64,000 nt of DNA. It comes from Octopus vulgaris. Its lineage: Eukaryota. The notes beneath the pieces were generated by a model that made no database searches, was not told the origin of the DNA, and was given only the letters and a program-made list of their open reading frames with translations. Shown here piece by piece: positions 49,752 to 64,000 of this stretch (within the stretch, counting starts at the first letter, position 1; each line of letters opens with the position of its first letter). The stretch is from assembly GCA_951406725.2 (NCBI GenBank), contig OX597816.1:127596001-127660000 (forward strand), given 5' to 3'. Made by a program: the position numbers and the translations under genes.

Positions 49752-52700
49752 TTAAAGTTTTATAGCTTTCACCCATTCAGTATATTAAGAGATATGTAGG
49801 CTGAATAAAAGGTGAATATTCTTACTCCCCACTGATTAAGAATCAGTCATCATACTCAGTTTAAAGGCTTGATACTAGTTTAACAGAACTGAATTATTTC
49901 GTATCTAGATTTTGTTTTGTTCTTATCACAATGAATTTAGCTATAAAGTAGTGAGTGGTATCATCTAAATTGCGAAATTGTAATTTCCATCATTAGCAAT
50001 GCATAATTCACTCATTGTCTTTCTGAAAAAGAACTACACAGAAGTTAGGTTTTCAATTTGACCAGAAATTCTCTTCATAGAATTTGAAGAAGTATATATG
50101 TATGTATAGGTGATGTTGTTGGAAGTTGTACGAATGTAAGTAATATATATATTGAAGGCAATAAGTTATCATGCTTCATGGCTTAAATTCTTTTGGGATC
50201 AATAAAATAATACTAGTACATAAAAATGTTAAACTGAAAGTAACCTTGTAATTAAGAATGGAGAAAATATTGTTGGCATTAATAGTATCTATTCATACTT
50301 TTTTTTATGATTCTGTTGTATTGCTTCTCTTTGCTCTGGGCTCTCCATTCTATTAGATTAAACATTTGTCTGATACTTTGCATTTTGGGCAAGTTTCATT
50401 GTTAACAACTTTCACAGATACCTAATATCATTTTCTTAGTTAGCTTTGATTGAAAGCTTGGTGTAACACTTAAGGGAAATTTTCTTATGGCATCAAATAT
50501 TTTAACTATTATAGATTGAGACTAATGAATCTAGCAAAAGGTAAAAAAACAAAAAAACAAAAAGCATCTGCTTAGGTGATATTCTTCTGTTCCTTTTAGA
50601 AATGCTCCTATTCCACTCAAACTTCAGTTCAGTGATTCATTTTCTTAGAGATAGTAACATTTATTTCCATATGACTACCTCTCTTCTTTTTTCCTTAGAT
50701 TTTTCTTTTTCTTTTTTTTTCTCTCTTTGGCAAGTTACATTTTAAGATTTTACTTCTTTATCATATTGGTATTTTCCCTTCAAATATTTCTGCACAAATA
50801 ACATTCCGAACTAATTTATTTCTTAGTCCTTCTATACTTTCTCCATTCTTCAAGTTTATTTTGCACAACTTCAACACACTATGCAGATCATTTCTGTATG
50901 GCCTGTAGCAATACGACTAATAATATACCTTTCTTTTTAAATTCAAGAACTGTTAACAAGGGTTTGTTGATATGCTGTATCTTAGGAAAATATTTTTTAA
51001 GGATGAATCTATTTTATTTATTAGTACTTTATGCAAAATTTTGCTTTAAAGAAGATGAATTATTTCATACTGCACACTTACACACACACTCACTAACAAA
51101 ATTGAGGTAAATTGTATTTTGATTATAAAATGTAGATTTGTAATGAGAGAACGTAATGAAATATAAATGTTAATGTACGGTTATGTAAATATGATTTGGC
51201 TATTAAACTGAATGATGAAAAAGATTATCTTTGCAAATTGTCTTATGTTCCATATGATCTGATATTTTGGTCCCTAACTAGTTTCTCAGTTTGAAAACTT
51301 ATTTATGGATTATATTTGGGCCTTGGAAATGGTCAGTGATTGTCCAAGACCTAAGTATGTCTTTAAGCTCTAAAATGAATCTTGTTTCTTTTTTGTGGCT
51401 TTAGCAGCAAAAGGTAGAACTTTCTAAGAATAATCATTAGAAAATTGTGCTATGCATTCAACTTGTATAGAAAATGTGATTTTTATTAATGTGTTTATGT
51501 AAAGGAATTCATAGCACAATTCTGTCTTTGAAATTTAATATTTGCCCAAACTAGTGAAGACTATGTAGGCTCTTTGGAATGAACAAATATAAGTCATTAA
51601 CTCTTGTTATTAGGATCTTAAAGAAAGGCATGTGAATTTTGGAATGATAGTGATTGGAAAGTTCTTGATGTACTTAAGAAGAAGATAAATTGATATTGAA
51701 GCTCAGATAGTGTAACTATGTGGAAGCTGCTAGCTCAATTAATTAGATAAGAATAAATCCTTAGGCAGAATTTCATTAAGAAAAATGTTATGCTATACAT
51801 TATAGGCAGCTTCAGTACGAGATGTCATTAGAAAGTAAGGTTCATGTCTTTTTGGATCTGATGTAAGTAATTAGTGAAAATAGAGATTCAAAATATCAGG
51901 GCTGGTTGTCATAATGGCTCAGATATCTTGGTCATGTTAAAAATAAAAATTAAACAGTCATTAAATGAATTAAAAGAACTTGCTTTTTAATGAGATGGGA
52001 TATAAAGTTAAGCAATTTTCTATTTTAGGTTTTCTCTTCAGGGAAGTAGAAATTAAATAAAATGTTGAATACATGAGATTGCTGTGTGACAGTGTTAGAA
52101 TGTCAATTCTTCTTATAGAACAGTTTGTGATTGATGTAGATGATATATTAGTGAATGCAGATTTGTATATGTTAAGAATGGAATAAAGGCATATGTGTTT
52201 GCTATTGGCAACATTGGGTAGGTGTGTTATTCAACTTTGTTATTACAGAAGAGTAGTGAATGAAGTCCCATATTTCTTCAACTTGAAGACTCTGTTTATT
52301 TTCCGGTAATAAATCTCATAATTTGCTGTGTGTCAAAGGGGATGAAGATTACATTTTCCATATACCGATTTTAACCACAAAGGACTGTAATCTATTATAG
52401 AAAACTTACTGTGTCTCTGTACTGTTAGAACAAAAGGAAAAGATTTAGAGTATAAGTGATCAATAGGATCTATATTGGTAAGCCACTAACAAAACATCTT
52501 AGCAAAGTTTGTGAATGTACTGAGACCTTATTCAGATGTCTATACTTCTTTCCAAATGTTCAAATCAGGACTGGGGTGCATCTTCGAGATCAGAACATCT
52601 TCAATGCTGGAAAATATGGTAATTTGCCAAAATGGCAAAGATTCACATTGTAAATGAGCAAATGGCTGTATTTTCAAGATAGTCTTTTTTGCCCTTTCCA

Positions 52701-52874
52701 TCATTTCAAAACTAAGATCTGTTATAAATGTCTTGATTTCAGTATCAACAGTGCTACCCAAATTACTGCTTAGTATATCTTACCTGAGACTCATTTAAAC
52801 CTAATGCAAAACAAATTATTAAGAGCTTCCTGCTATATTATGTTTACACAGTTTACTTTATTTTCTTGTGTATT

Positions 52875-53092
52875 TCATCATCATCATCATCATCGTTTAA
52901 CGTCCGCTTTCCATGCTAGCATGGGTTGGACGGTTCAACTGGGGTCTGGGGAGCCCAAAGGCTGCACCAGGCCAGTCAGATATGGCAGTGTTTCTACAGC
53001 TGGATGCCCTTCCTAACGCCAACCACTCCGAGAGTGTAGTGGGTGATTTTATGTGCCACCGACACAGGTGCCAGACGAGGCTGGCGAACGGC
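52875..53092 (-). mobile_element. Extremely 5'-truncated copy of the young RTE
   Basis: Only 2 mismatches seen against 10810-11009 over about 200 bp. Confidence 0.95.
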
Positions 53093-53236
53093 ATGAATAA
53101 AATATATGTTTACTCCAAATTATTTTGAATAACTGAAGTCGAAATAGATAAACCAACAAATTGTGTCATGTAGAATATTGTGTTAAACAATCTGACTAAT
53201 ATGGAAAAGTTTGAAGGCTATTCATATACATAATTT

Positions 53237-53267
<31 letters not shown>

Positions 53268-53594
53268 ATCTATCTATCTATCTATAGATAGATAGATAGA
53301 TACCTATATGTATATGCTTTTCTACTCTAGACACAAGGCTCAAACTTTTCTGTGGTGGTGGTGGTGGGGGGGGCATTCAATTAGATTGACCACATTATGA
53401 AACTGGTACCAAATTTATCAAGTCTGACAGGATTAAAGGCAAAGTTGACCTGTGCGGAATTTGAGAATCTATATGTATGTTATAAGATGGGTTCTCTTGT
53501 CATGGATGACAAATGAGATTTCAGTAAAGTAAAGCATTGATCATGTTCTATAGACACAAAAGTATGTTTTGAAGCCTGCTTGAGCATTGCAAAC

Positions 53595-53722
53595 CTTTTG
53601 GCAAATGGAAAAGGTTTTGTTCAGAACCCCAGCGATGTTGCACGCCTGCAGCAGGAGTTGGACTCAATTTACAGATGGGCTGAGGATAATAATATGTAGT
53701 TTCATGCTGAAAAATTTCAAGC
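53595..53722 (+). pseudogene. Old CR1 RT fragment
   Basis: QNPSDVARLQQELDSIYRWAEDNNM*FHAEKFQ aligns to QNPENIAHLQHELDTIYRWAEDNNMQFNAGKFQ in ORF 60541-61293. Confidence 0.75.
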
Positions 53723-54017
53723 ACACGCATACAAATGAACACACATACATACATAAATACATATGCATACACAAACACATGCATACATACATGAATAAAT
53801 GTATAGGAACACAAACAGACAGTGACACACTTCCATGTGCACAAACAAAAAAGAATGAATGCAGTGTATATAACTGACAGTGTCAAGACTAATGAAAAGG
53901 CTGCAAGTAGCAATGAAAATTTTAGGAAAATAAAAATAACAAATAAGTGGAAATTTTATCGCTGAGTGCGTTATTTTATAAGGCACATAGAGAAAATGAT
54001 TCTCACCAGACAAAACA

Positions 54018-54202
54018 GTATATATAGATATATATATATGTATATATATATATATCTATATATGTATATATGTGTATCTGTATATATGTATATGTATATG
54101 TATATGTATATATGTATCTGTATATATGTATATGTATGTATGTGGATATGTATATATGTATATATGTATATATATATGTATATATATATGTATATATATA
54201 TG

Positions 54203-54249
<47 letters not shown>

Positions 54250-54264
54250 GTATATATATATATG

Positions 54265-54295
<31 letters not shown>

Positions 54296-54471
54296 GTATA
54301 TATATATATGTTATATATATATGTGTATATATATATGTATATATATATGTGTATATATATATTGTATATATATATGTGTATATATATATATGTATATATA
54401 TATGTATATATATATATGTATATATATATTATATATATATATATGTGTATATATATATGTATATATATATG

Positions 54472-54540
<69 letters not shown>

Positions 54541-54752
54541 GTATATATATATATGTATATATATATATGTATATATGTATATATGTATATATATATATGT
54601 ATATATATATATATGTATATATATATATGTATATATATATATATGTATATGTATATATGTATATATATATATATATGTATATATGTATATATGTTATATA
54701 TATATATGTATATATATATGTATATATGTATATATATATGTATATATATATA
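54018..54752. repeat. (TA)n/(TATG) array
   Basis: Seen directly. Confidence 0.95.
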
Positions 54753-55285
54753 CGAGAAAGAAGCAACAAGAATGGATTGGTTTTTAGTACAATTGTTTCA
54801 TACAAAGACAGGCTTTATTACAATTTGCAAAAATTGCAGCAGATAAAAGTGTCCCGTACTCATCAGCTAAAATACATTTGAGTTCTCTAGACATCTTAGT
54901 GGGTGAGGTTATACTCATGAAATATTGGAGATAGTTCCATTAGAGGCAGATATAGGTTGTAAACAGTTTTCCAAAGTTCCTTAATGATGATGCACAGTCT
55001 TATCATAGATTTTTAAAAGCTTATTCGTTTCGAAGAGAAGATCAATCAATCCATAGTGTAGAGGAGTACGGGACACTTTTATCTGCTGCAATTTTTGCAA
55101 ATTGTAATAAAGCCTGTCTTTGTATGAAACAATTGTACTAAAAACCAATCCATTCTTGTTGCTTCTTTCCCGTTTATAATCACCCCACATTACTGTATGG
55201 ATAACACCATATAGTTTTTCTGGTGCATCTAAGTTAAGTACCACATTCAAGTAAATTCATTGGAAGTTACTTGAATCTTAATTGC
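54753..55285 (-). mobile_element. Young PLE-type insertion with 109-bp inverted arms (54753-54861 / 55064-55172)
   Basis: Arms differ at one visible position; embedded between two large TA arrays. Confidence 0.8.
54782..54872 (-). ncRNA. Intact type I hammerhead with 60-nt stem II
   Basis: TTTTAG-CTGATGA-GTACGGGACA...TGTCTTTGTAT-GAAAC-AATT-GTA-CTAAAA. Confidence 0.8.
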
Positions 55286-55288
55286 TTT

Positions 55289-60411
<5,123 letters not shown>

Positions 60412-61775
60412 GTCATGGAACGAATAGTCCGTAAGAAACTAATCATGTTCCTTGAAGAAAATGACTTACTGTCTGACACCCAGCATGGATTTCGACCAGG
60501 TAGAGGCTGCCTAACACAGCTCCTGCAACACTATGACTAGGTGTTGAAACAGCTACTAAATGGCTCAAATGTGGATGTAATATATCTCGACTTTGCAAAA
60601 GCCTTTGATAAAGTCGACCATGGTATGATCTGTCACAAACTGCATGGTCTCGGCATAGGCGGGAAACTTGGAGAGTGGCTGCACAACTTCCTAAAAGACA
60701 GAAAACAGGCAGTTGTGAGCAATGGAGCCACCTCCAAGGAAACGCAAATAACAAGCGGTGTCCCACAGGGCACTGTCTTGGGGCCACTGATGTTCATAGT
60801 GGCCCTTTCAGACATGCCTTCAGTTGCTACGATGACCACCCTTGCTAGCTATGCAGATGACACAAAAGTCTCCCACGCAATACAAAACCCTGAAAATATT
60901 GCGCATCTGCAACATGAGCTGGACACAATATACAGGTGGGCTGAGGACAACAACATGCAGTTTAATGCAGGTAAGTTCCAGGCCCTGCGCTACTGGCACA
61001 CAAAGGTAAATGACGTGAAGACTGGATACACTGGCCCAGGAAGAATTGCAATCCCTGAGTCAAAATCAGTGCGTGACATGGGCATTGACATGAGCAATGA
61101 TGCATCTTTCCAAATGCATATTGCTAATCTGGTGATAAAATGCAGATGGCTAGCTGGATGGATTCTCCGAACTTTCAGAACAAGAGAGAAGGAGACACTG
61201 ATGGTCCTATGGAAAACATTCGTCCTTAGCCGCTTGGACTACTGCTCCCAACTTTGGTCACCACACAAAATGTCAGCTACTGGGAAAGACTGAAGGTATT
61301 AAACCTCTTCTCCCTGGAGCGGAGGCGGGAGAGATATGCAGTGATATACATCTGGAAAATCCTGGAGGGTCTTGTCCCAAACTTTGGCATTCAAAGTTAC
61401 TCCAACCGCAGAACGGGGCGCCGCTGCGTGGTGCCAAGGATTCCAACATCACCATCAAAATACAGGTCCAGATACTGCAACAGCTTGGGTTTCAGAGGAC
61501 CACAGCTCTTTAACATCCTCCCTAAATGCCTGAGAGACTTACATGGTGTGGATGTGGGTTTCTTTAAAACTAAACTGGATCTCTTCTTGTTGGGAGTCCC
61601 AGATGAACCTACCTCACGACAGGAGACACGGATGCGGGCAGCAGCATCGAACTCCCTTGTTGATCAAGTGCCACGTATCAGAGGTGGATTCACAAACTAG
61701 TGTAGCTCATTCAGCGGTGGTGCCCCAGCATGGCCGCGGCCTTCGGGCTAAAACATTTTTAAGGATTTAAGGATT
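60412..61775 (+). mobile_element. 5'-truncated CR1-clade LINE (premature TAG at 60538-60540; deletion of about 22 codons with frameshift near 61266)
   Basis: [55 protein letters not shown]; 3' tail (TTTAAGGA)n. Confidence 0.92.
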
Positions 61776-61914
61776 ATATGTATATATGTATATATATATG
61801 TATATATATATGTGTATGTATATATATATGTATATATATATGTGTGTGTATATATATATGTGTATATATGAAACTGTGCTTATATGTATATGGTATCTGG
61901 GCATCAGTCTCATC

Positions 61915-62180
61915 ATATGGTATCTTGGACAAGTGTCTTCTACTATAGCTTCGGGGCCAAACACATCCTTGTGAGGGCATTCGGTAGATGGAAACTGAAA
62001 GAAGGCCGTCGTATATATATATGCATGTGTGTGTGTGTCTCTACGTACCGGTATCTTAGCGGTTCGGCGAAAGGAATTGACAAAATAACTACTAAACTTA
62101 CAAAGAATAAGTCCTGGGGTCGATGTGCTCGACTAAAAGGCGATGTTCCAGCATGGCCGTTGTCAACTGACAAGAAAGAA
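61915..62180 (+). mobile_element. SINE family A, diverged and internally deleted
   Basis: Similarity to 508-899. Confidence 0.8.
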
Positions 62181-62248
62181 TATATATAGCGTATGTATAT
62201 ATATATTGATACGCACAAAAATACGTATACACGCTCGCAAATTTGTAT

Positions 62249-62300
<52 letters not shown>

Positions 62301-62302
62301 GT

Positions 62303-63736
62303 ATACTTTGATACTTTGATACTTTGATAGGTTTCGGCCATTATTGGCCCAGGCCATGTCTAACTTAATAGCACCACCTGGTGAAGTCTTTCAAGTCAGA
62401 ATTTGGGCACTATGGCCCACTCAAGTAGAGAGTTATTGTTTACAGAGACATATCCGGGTGTAGGGGGTTTATCCGGGATTTCTTGAAGGAATCTGTCCAA
62501 AGACTTCTTGAACCCTATAGGGTCAGTTTCTGTTTTAATGTGTTTTGGTGTAATGTTAAAGAGAGCGGAGCCAATTGAGGTGAAATAATTGTGCCGTATT
62601 GTTGTTATGAGATGAGAGTGCGATTTTTGTTTTGGGAGGATGGCACGGGGCCCAAGCCTTGGATGTACCTTAAAGGTGATGCCAACATCATTTGGGCAAT
62701 GCTGATGGAATATTTTCCACATCATGCAGATGATGTAGCGCTCACGACGACGTTGGAGAGAATAGAGTTTTAGCTTTTCTAGTCGACCCCAATAGTCGAG
62801 GCCTGTCATGCCATCTATCTTTTTTGTGATTGCCCTTTGAGGTGCTTCAACTTTTATGATACCTTGTATTGTGTGGGGAGACCACAGTGGACAACAGTAT
62901 TCAAGGTGGGGTCGGGCAAAAGTGGAGAAGAGAAGGATAATGGTGTGGATATCTCTCGACTGGAAAGTTCTGAGAATCCAGGAACACATTCTGCGGGCCA
63001 TGTCAACTTTGGTGTTTATATGAGTGGCCCAGCTTATGTTGTTGTCCACAATTACTCCCAGGTCTCTGATGTTGTTGGACGCCGCGAGAGTTTCACCTGA
63101 AGGAAGGGAGTATGGGAGTTTCAGGGCATCCTCTTTTCCAAAGTGGATTAGCTCAAATTTATCCTCGTTCAGCAGCATATTGTTTTTTTCTGCCCATTGG
63201 ATAACAGCCAGTAGATCTGACTGAAGGCATGTCCGGTCACTCGCCTCCTTTATGACCTTCTGTAGCTTGGAGTCATCTGCAAAGATTTTTATGTTGCTGT
63301 GCTTGATGATGTCATTAATGTCATTAATGTAAATGATGAAAAGAAGTGGGCCCAGCACAGTGCCTTGCGGAACACCACTACTGACTTTGGCTGGGCTTGA
63401 TTTTACCCCTTCAACTACAACATGTTGAGATCTGTCTGTCAGGAAACACTTGATCCATTTCAGTAACTTTCCAGAGACACCAATGTTGGATAGTTTTTTC
63501 AATAGGATCTTGTGATCGACCCTGTCGAAGGCCTTACTGAAATCAAGGTAGATGACATCGGTGTTGGAGCCCTCTCCCAAAGCTCTCAAAATGTCCTCAA
63601 AGTGATGCAGGAGCTGCATTAGGCAGTCCCTTCCATTACGGAACCCATGTTGGTTGGAGATCAGCCGTCTGTTGCTTTCCAGAAATTGGGTTATTCGAGA
63701 TCTCACCACCCTCTCAAATACCTTGATGATATGATG
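62303..63736 (-). mobile_element. 5'-truncated CR1-clade LINE, second family
   Basis: Open RT frame plus 3' UTR and (ATCAAAGT)n tail. Confidence 0.93.
62396..63736 (-). CDS. CR1 reverse transcriptase, uninterrupted but lacking its N-terminus (the Met in the ORF track lies in a microsatellite)
   Basis: QHGFRNGR, YLDFSKAFDRVDH, SGVPQGTVLGPLLF, FADD, LEYCCPLWSP, SLQRRRERY. Confidence 0.8.
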   Translation of the reverse strand, partial: HHIIKVFERVVRSRITQFLESNRRLISNQHGFRNGRDCLMQLLHHFEDILRALGEGSNTDVIYLDFSKAFDRVDHKILLKKLSNIGVSGKLLKWIKCFLTDRSQHVVVEGVKSSPAKVSSGVPQGTVLGPLLFIIYINDINDIIKHSNIKIFADDSKLQKVIKEASDRTCLQSDLLAVIQWAEKNNMLLNEDKFELIHFGKEDALKLPYSLPSGETLAASNNIRDLGVIVDNNISWATHINTKVDMARRMCSWILRTFQSRDIHTIILLFSTFARPHLEYCCPLWSPHTIQGIIKVEAPQRAITKKIDGMTGLDYWGRLEKLKLYSLQRRRERYIICMMWKIFHQHCPNDVGITFKVHPRLGPRAILPKQKSHSHLITTIRHNYFTSIGSALFNITPKHIKTETDPIGFKKSLDRFLQEIPDKPPTPGYVSVNNNSLLEWAIVPKF

Positions 63737-63764
63737 AATGTATATGTATGTATATATATGCATG

Positions 63765-64000
63765 TAACTTAGAATAACTTAGAAAGGTTTTTTGGCCAGT
63801 ATTGGCCCAGGCCATGTCTAACTTAATAGCACCACCTGGCGAAGTCTTTCAGTTCAGGATTTGGGCACCAAGGCCCATTCGAGCAGAGAGTTATTGTTTG
63901 CGGAGACATATCCGGGTGTGGATGGTTTGTCCGGTACTGTTTGAAGGAATTTGTCCAAAGACTTCTTGAATTTTGTGTGGTCAGTTTCTTTTTTGACGTG
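63765..64000 (-). mobile_element. 3' end of a third CR1 copy, related to 62303-63736, running off the window
   Basis: Homologous to 62340-62545; different tail (TTCTAAGTTA)n. Confidence 0.9.

Noticed and set aside
52400-52790. Minus-strand ORF 52540-52761 as a host exon
   Set aside because: Faint similarity to an RTE RT C-terminus, with stops nearby; too degraded to call either way.

Overview
Eukaryotic, AT-rich, microsatellite-saturated DNA. The SINE families and repeat load suggest an octopus (coleoid cephalopod) genome; this is inference. I found no host protein-coding exon I can support, and most ORFs in the track are microsatellite artefacts. The real coding sequence is all transposon-derived: a young 5'-truncated RTE-clade LINE whose RT carries an embedded PHD-type Cys4-His-Cys3 finger, three CR1-clade LINE 3' ends, and decayed R4/Dong-like, BovB-like, Tigger/pogo and Tc1/mariner relics. 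There are also piggyBac- and hAT-type MITEs and many tRNA-derived SINEs. The most striking hidden layer is a dense Penelope-like (PLE) system: four GIY-YIG endonuclease relics and about ten different type-I hammerhead ribozyme (HHR) motif families. Many HHRs lie in inverted pLTR-style pairs next to (TA)n arrays, and several have unusually long stem II arms. One element joins a Pol III tRNA-like head, an (AAT)n spacer and an HHR, and has an inverted partner copy, which makes it a candidate PLE-mobilised ribozyme SINE. A transposon-poor, CpG-retaining block at about 36.5-44.4 kb may be the promoter/5'-UTR region of an unidentified host gene. All alignments and RNA folds were done by eye.
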